A stretch of 64,000 nt of DNA from Leptospiraceae bacterium (GTDB taxonomy: Bacteria > Spirochaetota > Leptospiria > Leptospirales > Leptonemataceae), in the NCBI GenBank assembly GCA_040217195.1, contig JAVJNR010000003.1, forward strand, positions 608,001-672,000, given 5' to 3'. Positions 19,471-32,110 of this stretch are shown here, piece after piece (position 1 is the stretch's first letter; every line of letters begins with the position of its first letter). The position numbers and the translations under genes are program-made. Below the pieces are notes generated by a model. The model ran no database searches. It was not told the DNA's origin and worked only from the letters and a program-made list of their open reading frames with translations.

Positions 19471-21097
19471 GCGATGGATAGCCCTGTATGTGGTTGAGAT
19501 TGCCTGGCTGTTCTATATGGCTGGCTTGCTTCTGGCCCTGCTACCCTATATTCAGCAACCATTCGAAGAAATGGGCGACATCGCATTGATATCGCGTCAG
19601 GTCCATCTGGCATCTGAATGGGATGTGCTCCGCGGCGCCTATTCTCGCCTTGGTTTTTTTCATATTGGACCCATTTCATTTTACTGGATGGCTCTAATTG
19701 ATTTCATTCTTCCATCCAGTCTTTTCGCGGAGAATTCCCACTATTATCAGTATGCAATTTCAATCTGGTTGGCCAATACATTCATTGGCCTGATTTCTCT
19801 GCGTTCAGCAAGAAGACTTGGACTTTCTATTGGTTCGCGTCTCATGCTCCTGGTTTTTACTATAGTATTCCTATGGCATCTGGGCGGTCATGTATTGTTC
19901 AGTCCCTGGGGGCCCCACCTAACTATACTCCCCATTCTCTGGCTTTGTCTGAATCTGATTCGCGCCGGACAGGCAGACTTTACAGCATTGCCAGGACTGG
20001 CATTATCGTCGATCTGGATTTTACATAGTCATGCCGGCAGTCTTACCTTTCTGGGCCCTTCGCTGGTTTTCCTGTTCTATCTTTGGTACAGACTCTACCG
20101 AAATGGGGAATTGATTATTAGTCGATTGACCTGGCCTTTTACGCTTGGTCTTCTCATAGTGTTTACAGGGATTTCAATTCCAGTCTATGAAGCTTTCATA
20201 AATGATGGAGGCAACCTGAAAGCCATTTTCGAATACCTGGATAAAAACTCCACCTGGCGCAAACCAGGCAAAGCCCTGGTTTTCATGCTTTCTGCCATGG
20301 ATGGTCCCTTTCGCAATGGAATTCCCATCATCGCTCCAGTGGCTGCACTTCTGTATGCAATCTGGGGTCGAAAGAAACTGGAAGTGACCGAGAAGCGAAT
20401 ACTTGCTCTTTGCCTGATTCTTACATTCGGAAGTTTTTATGGAGCCCTGCGAACCCCGGGAGTGCTTGTTCCACATCTGTTTGATCATTTGCTTCCCGTA
20501 AATGCACTCTTATTAGCCATCAATCTTCGACCGTTATTCATGGCCCTGTCCAGGTATCCACTGAAGAACTGGTTCGCCAATAGCAATTCTAAGTTTCAAT
20601 CCAGGGGATTGCTACAGTCCGGGCAGCCCCGGGAAGATTCGAGTCCGCCTGAACAAATACACCCGGGCCGATTTGGTTATTTGATACTTGTATTTCCCTT
20701 TGCTTTGTTGCTTCTTGGGATATCCAGGGATAGTCATCCCCCCGAAAGTAGGTTTCAGCCTGCGGCTATTCTAAATTCCCTGCTCCATCGAGTTGACCTT
20801 AAAGATGCATCCCGGGCCATTTATAGAATTGGCCTAAGTCAGGAAAACCTTGTCCATTGGCCCGGTGCCGCTGGATTGATATTACAGATGGAACGACGGG
20901 GGTACCGGGCCTGCATTGATCCTCCATTTGACATACTCTTTGGTCCGGAAACTCTTTGCCCTGCCAGAGTCAATGGTACGATTCTGATTGAGCCCGCGCC
21001 AGAAAATCCGAAGATGAAACATGGCAATGCATTCATCTACCATAACATCCAGGTCGAATTCAGACCTGAAAATCGGGAAAATGCAGAGATCGAATAA
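19460..21097 (+). CDS. Polytopic membrane protein, probable GT-C fold
   Basis: GDIALI...GAYSRLGFFHIGPISFY first-loop motif, WGPH, many TM segments; start overlaps the upstream gene. Confidence 0.55.
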   Translation: MKFKRWIALYVVEIAWLFYMAGLLLALLPYIQQPFEEMGDIALISRQVHLASEWDVLRGAYSRLGFFHIGPISFYWMALIDFILPSSLFAENSHYYQYAISIWLANTFIGLISLRSARRLGLSIGSRLMLLVFTIVFLWHLGGHVLFSPWGPHLTILPILWLCLNLIRAGQADFTALPGLALSSIWILHSHAGSLTFLGPSLVFLFYLWYRLYRNGELIISRLTWPFTLGLLIVFTGISIPVYEAFINDGGNLKAIFEYLDKNSTWRKPGKALVFMLSAMDGPFRNGIPIIAPVAALLYAIWGRKKLEVTEKRILALCLILTFGSFYGALRTPGVLVPHLFDHLLPVNALLLAINLRPLFMALSRYPLKNWFANSNSKFQSRGLLQSGQPREDSSPPEQIHPGRFGYLILVFPFALLLLGISRDSHPPESRFQPAAILNSLLHRVDLKDASRAIYRIGLSQENLVHWPGAAGLILQMERRGYRACIDPPFDILFGPETLCPARVNGTILIEPAPENPKMKHGNAFIYHNIQVEFRPENRENAEIE

Positions 21098-22256
21098 ACT
21101 TCCTTTTGCCCGCCCTGATCTGACAGACCTGGAATTTGAAGCAGTGAAACGGGTGATGGAATCTGGCTGGATTACATCGGGACCGGAAACCGATGCCTTT
21201 GAAACGGAATTTGCAGAATTCATTGGAGCCCCGGCTGCGGCAGCCCTGAACTCCGCAACCGCAGCCCTTCATCTGGGACTTGTGGCCCTGGGTATTGGAC
21301 CGGGCGATGTTGTTCTTGTACCCGCATTGACATTTACAGCCACCGCCGAAGTGGTGAGTCGAACAGGGGCCCGACCGGTGCTTCTGGATGTAGATCGTGA
21401 AGATTACTTACTCAGCCCCGCCATTGTGCAGAAATTTCTCGATAGCTGTAAATTAACTACGGAAGGCCCTGTATGCGATGAGGGACGAATAAGAGCCATT
21501 ATTTGCGTACACTATGGCGGTAGAGTCTGCGATCTGGATGGTCTTTTTGAAATCTGCGAAAAAATGGGCCTGGAGCTCCTTCAGGATGCTGCCCACAGCT
21601 TTCCTTCCCGGGATGGCTCCGGTTTTGTGGGTAGAAGAGGTCCGGTCACTGCCTTTAGTTTTTATGCAACCAAGAATATGACCACTGGCGAAGGCGGAAT
21701 GTTAACCGGTGATCGTCCAGAAATCATAGAGCGTGTGCAACAGATGAGATTACATGGTATCGCTACGCCGGCCCATCGGAGGGCTGGCTGGCATTATGAC
21801 GTTGTGGAACAGGGCTATAAATATAACCTTTCGGACATCGCCTCTGCCATCGGCAGAGTGCAAATCAAAAGATCCATGCAAATGTGGGAAAGACGAAAAG
21901 CCATCCATGAGCGATACCAGGCGGCCTTCGCAGAAATTCCAGATATCCGAGTCTGTCCTGAACAGGTGGGCTCCGCTTTTCATCTATACACTCTGGAAAT
22001 CGAGCCAGAAGCAGCCATGGATCGGGATAGGTTCATTTCCGCCCTGGATGAAAAAAAAATTGGTACCGGGCTTCACTTCATCCCTCTCTATCGAATGACT
22101 TATTACAAGGAGCGATATAACCTGAAGGAAGAGACTTTCCCGTCTTGCGAAGAGATATTTGCCAGAATCGTCTCTCTGCCTATCTATAGTGCCATGAGCG
22201 ACCAGGATTGTGAAGATGTAATCCAGGCCGTTCGATCCAGTCTGGGCAGAAGCTAA
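21081..22256 (+). CDS. DegT/DnrJ/EryC1/StrS family sugar aminotransferase
   Basis: SGWITSGP, NSATAALHL, DAAHS, FSFYATKNMTTGEGG (PLP Lys), GYKYNLSD. Confidence 0.93.
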   Translation: MQRSNKLPFARPDLTDLEFEAVKRVMESGWITSGPETDAFETEFAEFIGAPAAAALNSATAALHLGLVALGIGPGDVVLVPALTFTATAEVVSRTGARPVLLDVDREDYLLSPAIVQKFLDSCKLTTEGPVCDEGRIRAIICVHYGGRVCDLDGLFEICEKMGLELLQDAAHSFPSRDGSGFVGRRGPVTAFSFYATKNMTTGEGGMLTGDRPEIIERVQQMRLHGIATPAHRRAGWHYDVVEQGYKYNLSDIASAIGRVQIKRSMQMWERRKAIHERYQAAFAEIPDIRVCPEQVGSAFHLYTLEIEPEAAMDRDRFISALDEKKIGTGLHFIPLYRMTYYKERYNLKEETFPSCEEIFARIVSLPIYSAMSDQDCEDVIQAVRSSLGRS

Positions 22257-22275
22257 ACTTCTCGGTCCTGAGATC

Positions 22276-22309
22276 AGCTTCATAGCTTCATAGCTTCATA
22301 GCTTCATAG
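22276..22309. repeat. Short tandem repeat (AGCTTCAT)x4
   Basis: Four perfect 8-bp copies starting 20 nt after the aminotransferase stop. Confidence 0.9.
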
Positions 22310-22386
22310 GAAACGCCCTCCGGCCGCTTGAAAATCGGACGTCTACTTATCTGACTTTTTCTTGCGCTCGATTAGCAGAAAGTTTG

Positions 22387-25300
22387 CTACTGATGCGGTT
22401 GCGAATATGGCCGGGCGGATTCCAGCCTGGATTGCTTTTGCAGCGATCGAGCGAATGGATCTGTCTTCGCACCCGGAAGCATTGCGTCTGCACCCACAAG
22501 AATTCCAAAGCCGTAGCTCGTTTCCCCGGACGGTCCTTCTCCCCTTGCATAGGTTAATCGAATGGCAACGGGCAGATAAAAGATGTTTAGCCCAATGTCT
22601 GTATACAATCCGTAGGAGCGCATCCAGGTATCTTTAAAGACCTGCCTTTCGAATGACTGTCCGTAGTCGTAGAATGGCGCCAGAGAGATGTACCGCAGGC
22701 CCAGGGAAGGCCACCATTTTAGGATACGTCTGGAAAGCCAGAAGAGCGGAAAACGATATTCTGCCGTCAGAACCAGGGCACCTCTTCCATAAGGCGAAAG
22801 CTCCGGCACCAACCCTCGCATATAGGAACTCAATCGCACTCGATATACCTCCGGATCCTTTCCGCTGGTCCAGCGCCCGTTGGCAGATAGGTACGGCACA
22901 TGGTGATCAAAGATGAAAGGCAGAAAGAATTCAAACTGTGCCTCTACACTATAAAATTCGGCGGATTCCTTTCGCTTGCTGTAATCGTCATAGATTACGA
23001 CCCAGGAGTCCGGATAGAAGGCTGCCTCGCCGTACACAGAGAACCCTTTTTCCAGACTTATGGATCGACTATAGGCTACAGCATTACTAATACCATAGCC
23101 AAAAAACACTGAGCTCAGGTTGATGTCCTTCTCCTGAAAGACAAGTGATGCCAGACTATTGGCATTTCGATGCTTCTCATGGTTCACACCGAATGTGTAC
23201 TGCTGATCCACTTCCCGGCCAGGATTCTCACGATCTACGGAGGCACGAACGTATTCAAAATGATAGGTATCATCCAGACAGAGAAAGATAATAGCGCCCC
23301 TGGGTGCATCACAATAGAATTTTCGTTTCTCCATGGTGCTGCGTGCATAGCTCAGATTCAATGAATGCGAAAATCGATTATAACTGTAAGATGCTAAAAA
23401 GTAAGGCGTTTCATCCAGTACTCCCACGCCCAGTCCTATCTGGTGCCTCTGTAAGGGATCAAAGGCCAGGATTCCACTTTCTGCTGCAGAAATGCCAAAT
23501 AGAAGGCCTGCGAAATACGGTCGTACCTCATAAGGACCATTGTAGTTTTCTGTGCTATTCTGGCGAGCCGGCAGAGCGAAATCGGTAAGAGGAGAGCTTT
23601 CTTCCAATCGTTGGAACCCGGAACTTACGTCTCGGTGAAGCAGGTCCCGCTCATTGATCGATATCAAGTCGTATCCATCTGCGAAATAGCGAAATGCATA
23701 GAGGTGATTTCCGTCAGTAACTGGATAGAAAAGGCCCGTAGAGGATTGACTGAGCTGCTCCACGTCTGGCTCCTTCTGCTCCAGAACGGACAGCCATGGT
23801 TTGTTCGATTCTCGATTCAGTCTATAGATTTCGTATACGCCAGTTCTGTCTGAAGTGAAAAGTATTCCACGGTCAGAAAATGAAGGCTGTGCAATCAATC
23901 CCGGGGTAGATGCAAGCACTTCGCAAGAGTTACTCAAAGACGATAGGGAAGACTGATCATTAGAAGCCTTTTCCCTGGTCTGGTTCTGAAATGTTCCACC
24001 CTCGGTCCTGGAGTATAATTTCCAGGGAGTGGGACATCCGATCAGTACCGGATTTCCAGTGCCTTCTTTTCTGTATAGTCCAATGACCAGCGTTCCATCC
24101 GGAGAAAGAACGCTATTGGTTAAGATGCCATGCAGATCAGCCGTTAGAAGGATATGCTCATCGTACAGCCTGCCGGTGGAATCAACTTTGCCAACCATTA
24201 GATGCCTGTACGGGTCTTCGCGTTTGATATAAGCCAGACGATTACCGCTGGCGCTGGGAAATAGAATTCTACTTCCAGGGGCCACTTCCTGAAGAGAAAA
24301 TCCATCTTCTCGATACAACTGATATCTGAGACCTGAAAAATCTGGAAAGCTCTCCTGGGAGGCCAGCAGATACGAATTGGCGGTCCTTCCATTTGCATCA
24401 TTCGCCAATCCATTGTCGCCTAATTCAGGGTTAAGAAAGGTAAATCCACCGGAAGCTCGACTGCGACGAAAATAGGAAAGACTGTGTGACTCCACCGAAG
24501 GCATCTCATTTTCCTCAGGTATTTCCTGAGAAACGCTGAAGATTCCAGAACTGGCAGGCAGAGATCCAAAGAAATAGAGTCTGCCATGGCGGATCTGCAA
24601 GTATTTCTTGCTGAAACCTGTATCTGTTAATCGTCTGTAGGGCGTTTCTAAAGCTGCCTGATTTTGAACTCTAAGCGTTTCCCATTCCTTGTAGAGACCA
24701 TACAATTCCTCCAGATCCGGAAATCCCAGACGGGATAATCTGTAAGAAGAGAGTAGTGGAGCTTCTTCCGATAAATAGAATTCATCCAGTCTATCGCTGG
24801 CGCCGCTTTGCTGAAATGCAGGATATTCCCTCAAGAATTGAACAAATCGCCCGCCGAATAAATAGGGAGTGCTACCAAGAGGCCAACGATGGGTACCAGC
24901 CAGTATCTCCTCCAGTTCAGGAAAGCGGTTTTCCAGTATCGCAGCACGAATAATCATATTCGTGAGAGGATCTTCCAGCCTACCTTTGCCTCTCTGGCTT
25001 TCTTCATATACTGCAAAACCTTCAATCAATCCGGTTGGAGTTAGTGCATTGGGAGGCAATCCAGCAAGAATACGGATTAGCGTATTGGGTAATCCTTCGT
25101 AAGGGTACAGATTTACAATATGAGTGTATTCATGCGTAAAAAGATGATCCTGCCAGAGATTGAATCTGGAGAATTCGCCCGGGGTGGGTGATTGAACATA
25201 GATAGCAACCCTGTTTACCACATAAGTAGATGCAAAAGCATTTACAGTATCTGTTTCTGGAATTAGAATTATATTGGTAACGTCAACGCCAGAGCGAAAC

Positions 25301-25533
25301 CTGCTTTCCAGGGAGATGTGCCGCTCCTGGGCAAGCTCTCCCAGGCGAATAGCATTGTCTAAATAACCCTGAGGATAATGGATGGCAAAATTGGCAGTGC
25401 GATAGGTTCGATAGTCCAGCCCTGGATCCACTAGCGGTTGGGCACTGGAACCACCAGGAAGTCCAGCCAGAACAGTAATCAGAAGACAGGCTCTTAACCA
25501 GCCAGCTCCAGCGAGCAGCCGTAGCCCTCCCAT
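22387..25533 (-). CDS. Large outer-membrane protein: gluzincin-like peptidase + TolB/WD40-like propeller + Omp85-like beta-barrel
   Basis: Signal peptide; HEYTH plus IEGFAVYEE; propeller-like segments LSPDG and FTSDRTGVYEIY; C-terminal amphipathic strands with MRG, AEYRFPL, FYDYG. Confidence 0.65.
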   Translation of the reverse strand: MGGLRLLAGAGWLRACLLITVLAGLPGGSSAQPLVDPGLDYRTYRTANFAIHYPQGYLDNAIRLGELAQERHISLESRFRSGVDVTNIILIPETDTVNAFASTYVVNRVAIYVQSPTPGEFSRFNLWQDHLFTHEYTHIVNLYPYEGLPNTLIRILAGLPPNALTPTGLIEGFAVYEESQRGKGRLEDPLTNMIIRAAILENRFPELEEILAGTHRWPLGSTPYLFGGRFVQFLREYPAFQQSGASDRLDEFYLSEEAPLLSSYRLSRLGFPDLEELYGLYKEWETLRVQNQAALETPYRRLTDTGFSKKYLQIRHGRLYFFGSLPASSGIFSVSQEIPEENEMPSVESHSLSYFRRSRASGGFTFLNPELGDNGLANDANGRTANSYLLASQESFPDFSGLRYQLYREDGFSLQEVAPGSRILFPSASGNRLAYIKREDPYRHLMVGKVDSTGRLYDEHILLTADLHGILTNSVLSPDGTLVIGLYRKEGTGNPVLIGCPTPWKLYSRTEGGTFQNQTREKASNDQSSLSSLSNSCEVLASTPGLIAQPSFSDRGILFTSDRTGVYEIYRLNRESNKPWLSVLEQKEPDVEQLSQSSTGLFYPVTDGNHLYAFRYFADGYDLISINERDLLHRDVSSGFQRLEESSPLTDFALPARQNSTENYNGPYEVRPYFAGLLFGISAAESGILAFDPLQRHQIGLGVGVLDETPYFLASYSYNRFSHSLNLSYARSTMEKRKFYCDAPRGAIIFLCLDDTYHFEYVRASVDRENPGREVDQQYTFGVNHEKHRNANSLASLVFQEKDINLSSVFFGYGISNAVAYSRSISLEKGFSVYGEAAFYPDSWVVIYDDYSKRKESAEFYSVEAQFEFFLPFIFDHHVPYLSANGRWTSGKDPEVYRVRLSSYMRGLVPELSPYGRGALVLTAEYRFPLFWLSRRILKWWPSLGLRYISLAPFYDYGQSFERQVFKDTWMRSYGLYTDIGLNIFYLPVAIRLTYARGEGPSGETSYGFGILVGADAMLPGAKTDPFARSLQKQSRLESARPYSQPHQ

Positions 25534-25537
25534 ATGG

Positions 25538-27657
<2,120 letters not shown>

Positions 27658-27658
<1 letters not shown>

Positions 27659-28452
27659 CAAGGCTTCCAGATCTTATAGTTTTGCTTGGGCAGGGAAGAC
27701 TTTCTCCATTCCATCCAGGAGCCCAGATAGACGCTTACATGCTTGTAGCCACAGCGAGTCAGTACCAGAGCCATAGTGCTGGAACGAGCTCCGTTAAAAT
27801 CATAGAGTATCGTGGGCCTTTCAGGAATGAGCCCCATGGATCGTATAGCAGTCAGGACATCGGGTCTGGGTCTCAGGTTACCCTTCTTGTCGTACAACCT
27901 TCGCCAGTCGAAATTCATAGAGCCCGGGATTTTGCCGCAGATGGAACCTGGCTCCGGTGATAGCATCCTGGGAACCTTACCTTCATGCTCTTCAGGCGTG
28001 CGAACATCCACCAGCTGAACTTTGGTGAGATTTATCTGAACGTGACTGATGGAGCAGATGCCCTGAAATGTGGTGGGCTTTTCTGCCGGCGGGCTTTCCA
28101 GTAGATCCTGCCCGGGCCCGAGCATGGATGGATCCAGGTCATCAAATTTGCGCGAGAGAATCATGAAATCCTTTATCCCGGCACTATGTAGTAGCCAGCC
28201 CAGTCGAGAGGCATACATGCCCTGCCCTTCGTCGAAGATAAGTATGCCCCGATGCTTCTGCATCCGGTTACGAACATCCTCCACAAATCCAGACAGCTTG
28301 GCCATGGATTGGGGGCCGGAGCCAAAAGGCTTCTTCGCAAAAGATGCTCCTACCGCTCCCTTGATGGTAGACTCCCGGTATTGATTCTCTGACCGGCAAT
28401 CCAGCATTAAAGAATCTTCCGGTATTTCAGGTGTTAGAAAGTTCCAGCTCAA
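27658..28452 (-). CDS. Tandem-domain rhodanese-like protein (catalytic Cys absent)
   Basis: LDCR, LVDVRTPEE, GKIPGS, VYLGSWMEW; the active-site loop reads LYDFNGARS. Confidence 0.8.
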
Positions 28453-28545
28453 CTCAAGTCTCCCATATCAGGCGAAGTACCTGCCCAATGCATGGCTTTT
28501 CGCGATGCGTAAAGCCACGAAATGCAGCGAGGAATCTAAAAACAG

Positions 28546-29631
28546 TCATTTTTTTTGATCCTGCATCTGTTCCAACAAAAACAAAGTGTACTTCCTGGCT
28601 CCACAGTAATCCAAATGATTCCAATCATAAAATTCACTATTGGGAAAATCCTTACCCTCGGACAGATAGACGACCTTTTCGGGATAATCCAGGTTTCCCA
28701 GTATAGACTGGATATCAGAAGATACCTTTGCCGATGGCAATATCTTGTCAACGGTGTCATGCCAGGATTTAGAAAATGGAATCCGGATAAGAACAATTCG
28801 CCCTACATGAGGAGAAGCCAGGTTCAGAAAGTCCTGCCAGGCCTGGACAGCCTCGGGTCGCTCCTTGAATCGGAGGGTAGCAGGCAATGGTTTTAGCTCC
28901 TCGGTGTCGCATCGACTACGGGATGGCTCCTTAAAGTCTCTCCAGGTCCAGAATCCATTGGTACTTCTCAGGATTTCTTCTATGGATTGATTCATTCTTC
29001 GGATGTTTCGCATCTTTTCCAGGAGGGATGGCTCTTTTAGTAATGCCTCTCCTTCTGGAATGCCGTATCCAATACCTGGAAAAGGCCCTGGCTGCACAAT
29101 GAATGAGTTATTGGTGTCCGTGGCAAGGTTTCGAATGGCAGAGTTAAGCCGATAGAGACCAACGCCGGAGAAGACGGTGCCCAGAGCCTCTCCGGCGCTG
29201 CTACCATACAAGTACATTCGATTCGCAGAAGGCCAGCGTACCGAAATAAACTCATGACGATAGTAATTCAAGAATGCATCAAAGACTTCAGTGTGATAGA
29301 GTGAATAAGGACTGATGTTCACAATCAGTGTATCCACCGAATGCTCTTCTAAATATGGAATAAAGGAAATCAATGCCTCGGGTTGAGCACTGGGCAGTCC
29401 CATGTTTATGACCCGACCAGAGTCAGCATTGAATAGATCAGGCCTAATACCACTCATAGCCTGACTATCTCCCAGAATCATTGTTTGGATGGGCTCCCCG
29501 TTCAGTTCCTGAGCACGAAGCATCCATACTGTACGATCCGGATGCTGATAATGCTTCAATTGCTGGCCAGCATAACCTATAATCATTGCGCCTAAAATGC
29601 ATAGGAAAGCCAGACTGAGAAAGCGACGCAT
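28546..29631 (-). CDS. SGNH-like (DUF1574-type) exported protein
   Basis: N-terminal TM, ILGDSQ (GDS), NMGLPSAQP, C-terminal FYDWNHL (DxxH). Confidence 0.6.
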   Translation of the reverse strand: MRRFLSLAFLCILGAMIIGYAGQQLKHYQHPDRTVWMLRAQELNGEPIQTMILGDSQAMSGIRPDLFNADSGRVINMGLPSAQPEALISFIPYLEEHSVDTLIVNISPYSLYHTEVFDAFLNYYRHEFISVRWPSANRMYLYGSSAGEALGTVFSGVGLYRLNSAIRNLATDTNNSFIVQPGPFPGIGYGIPEGEALLKEPSLLEKMRNIRRMNQSIEEILRSTNGFWTWRDFKEPSRSRCDTEELKPLPATLRFKERPEAVQAWQDFLNLASPHVGRIVLIRIPFSKSWHDTVDKILPSAKVSSDIQSILGNLDYPEKVVYLSEGKDFPNSEFYDWNHLDYCGARKYTLFLLEQMQDQKK

Positions 29632-29710
29632 TCGTCCATTTTGCCTGAAGGGTCAGTGTTCTGCACGAAAAAAAAGTCGACCCTCTGAATAAGATTCCAT
29701 CCTATCGGAT

Positions 29711-30706
29711 ATGCGCCTGGTCTCCCTTCTTCTTGTTCTATTTCTTGCGGGCTGCCAGCTACCGTTCTACAGCCCTCAAAAGAGCAACGTTCACCTGGTA
29801 ATCGATGCCGGATCTTCCGGTACCCGATTTTGCCCCTATCGCATAAGTGAACAATGCATACATCTGGACCTTTCGCAGAATTGCTTTTCCATCCAGGCCT
29901 CCGGGGGGCTGGCGGACCTGAATCCATCAGAAATTCGTCAGGTTATGCAAAGTGGCTTTACGCAGCTACAGGGTATGGACATCGAAAAGACTGTGGTTCT
30001 GGGAACCGGTGGATTTCGCAGGTTACCCTCCCATCTTCAGGCTCAGAAATTGAATTTGGTGGCATCAACGACCAGGGAGTTTTTTGAGCCTTCGGAGGCC
30101 CGAATCCTTACCGGCGAGCAGGAAGCTCAGCTGGCCTATTTGGCCATGGTCGCCTTCCGGGACGGAAAACGGGACCATGTTATTCTAGAAACCGGAGGAG
30201 CTACAGTCCAGCTGGCCGGCCAGGGGTTGAAACCTCGCAGTGTACCCGCCGGACTGAATGCAATTCGAGAACTGAGCGGGCCGCCCCATGCCTGTAAGGA
30301 GAATACGGCCCCTTCCGCAGATCGATTCCTTGAGTGCACCCAGGCTTTAAAGAGGATTCTAAAGAGCAGACCCTGGTATTCCAGTTTCTTTGCCGGCCAG
30401 AAGCCAGAATCCGTGTATACTCTTGGATCCTCCTGGAAATCCATCTATGCTCTGGCCGGAGATTCAGAGTTAACCCTGGAAGAACTCAAAAAACAGGGAA
30501 TTCGAATCTGCAATTCAAGCATTTCGGAGATTGTGGATGCAGGTGTGCCAGAACAGTTTGCACCGGCCAGTTGTTACCTGCACTCCTATCAGTATGCTCT
30601 GACCAGCGAGTTACAGATTGGCAGTTTAAAGGCCGGCGAAGGAAGCTGGCCCCCGGGGGCTGCCATATCTGAATTCTTTTCCGGCTGCAACTCTGCCATA
30701 CAGTAA
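29711..30706 (+). CDS. GDA1/CD39-family NTPDase (apyrase) lipoprotein
   Basis: Lipobox LAGC; ACR-like motifs IDAGSSGTR, GTGGFRRL, ILTGEQEA, ETGGATVQ, SWPPGA. Confidence 0.72.
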   Translation: MRLVSLLLVLFLAGCQLPFYSPQKSNVHLVIDAGSSGTRFCPYRISEQCIHLDLSQNCFSIQASGGLADLNPSEIRQVMQSGFTQLQGMDIEKTVVLGTGGFRRLPSHLQAQKLNLVASTTREFFEPSEARILTGEQEAQLAYLAMVAFRDGKRDHVILETGGATVQLAGQGLKPRSVPAGLNAIRELSGPPHACKENTAPSADRFLECTQALKRILKSRPWYSSFFAGQKPESVYTLGSSWKSIYALAGDSELTLEELKKQGIRICNSSISEIVDAGVPEQFAPASCYLHSYQYALTSELQIGSLKAGEGSWPPGAAISEFFSGCNSAIQ

Positions 30707-30847
30707 TTGCTTCCCCCCAATCCGAACCAGGCGGCTGCTCCAGGATTGCTATCCTTGCATGCGAAGAGGTACGGACATTTATTGAATGGTTATCTGATTT
30801 TCCGTTGTTAGGCCATAGAGCAAATCATGCAAATCATGCGAAAACCA

Positions 30848-32110
30848 TCAAGAATGACCTGGCTTGCCCAGCATTTTGAACATAGAATTTTTGTAGGCTT
30901 CAACGCCAGGCTGATCGAAGGGATTCACTCCCAGCGTATATGCAGAGACGCCACAAGCATATTCAAAGAAGTAGAACAGTCTTCCCAGGTGGAACTCATC
31001 GATAGCAGGAAGAAGGATTCGCAGTGAAGGCACTCCTCCCTCTCCATGAGCCTGCCTGGTGGCCTGCAGGGCCACACGGTTCACCTCATGAACGGTCTTG
31101 CCGGCCAAATAGTTCAATCCATCGCCATCGTTTTCCTGCTTCTGCAATGCAGGTGATGTGGAATGCTCTACATCCAGAATCGTTTGAAAAATACTTCTTT
31201 CGGATTCCTGTATCCATTGTCCCAGGGAATGTAGATCGGTGGTAAATCCGGCTGATGCTGGAAAGATACCTTTTCCTTCTTTGCCTTCCGATTCGCCGAA
31301 CAGCTGCTTCCACCATTCAGCCATGTACTGCAAAGCCTGTTGATAAAAGACCAGGATTTCAATTCTTTTACCCTCTTCGTAAAGAGCATTTCTGTAGGCC
31401 GAGTACTGTACCGCTGGATTTTCATCACTGCGATCATTTCTCAGACGATCGCACATCTCCATGGCCCCCTGCAGCAATGAATAGATATCCACTCCTGCCA
31501 CGGCGGCCGGTATCAATCCCACCGGACTCAGTACACTAAATCGACCACCTACATCGTCTGCGATTACCGCTGAATGAAAACCCAGATTGTCTGCAGATTG
31601 GCGAAGAGTTCCTTTTTTACCATCTGTGATTGCGCAGACTCGACTGGAAGCCTCGGAAGTGCCATGTTTTTGTTCCAACAAGGACCAGAGCAGTCGAAAG
31701 GCAATGGCAGGCTCTGTAGTTGTTCCACTCTTGGAGATTACCACAACTCCAAAGTCTCGCTCCTTTAAATATTCCAGTAGTTGCTGATGATAATGACCGT
31801 CCAGACTGTGCCCGGCAAACAATATCTCCGGCCCATGAACAGGCCCCACGACTGGCTTCAGCGCCTCATACAAACATTTGAAGCCCAGGTAGGAACCACC
31901 GATACCGACCATAACCATCGCATCCAGCTTCTGAAAATCCGCGGCAATTTTTAGATATTCCTGTACCTTGATGGACTGTTCTTCCGGCAATTGGAGCCAG
32001 CCCAGAAAATCATTGCCCGAGCCTGAACGACTTTCCAGAACTTTGCGTGCCTCCTGGCTTTTTTGAACTGAGGCGCTGGAAAGTGTGCTGAATTGCAGAT
32101 CGATTTGCAT
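30848..32110 (-). CDS. pgi: Glucose-6-phosphate isomerase
   Basis: GIGGSYLG, SKSGTTTE, DDVGGRFSVL, WWKQLFGESEGK, DLHSLGQ, NPFDQPGVEAYK. Confidence 0.96.
   Translation of the reverse strand: MQIDLQFSTLSSASVQKSQEARKVLESRSGSGNDFLGWLQLPEEQSIKVQEYLKIAADFQKLDAMVMVGIGGSYLGFKCLYEALKPVVGPVHGPEILFAGHSLDGHYHQQLLEYLKERDFGVVVISKSGTTTEPAIAFRLLWSLLEQKHGTSEASSRVCAITDGKKGTLRQSADNLGFHSAVIADDVGGRFSVLSPVGLIPAAVAGVDIYSLLQGAMEMCDRLRNDRSDENPAVQYSAYRNALYEEGKRIEILVFYQQALQYMAEWWKQLFGESEGKEGKGIFPASAGFTTDLHSLGQWIQESERSIFQTILDVEHSTSPALQKQENDGDGLNYLAGKTVHEVNRVALQATRQAHGEGGVPSLRILLPAIDEFHLGRLFYFFEYACGVSAYTLGVNPFDQPGVEAYKNSMFKMLGKPGHS

Noticed and set aside
27799..27801. Selenocysteine at the rhodanese active site
   Set aside because: The in-frame codon is GAT (Asp), not TGA.
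29711..30706. Exopolyphosphatase Ppx/GppA call
   Set aside because: It shares the ASKHA fold, but the lipoprotein signal, DAGSSGTR, the terminal SWxxG motif and multiple Cys fit GDA1/CD39 better. HMM confirmation is still needed.
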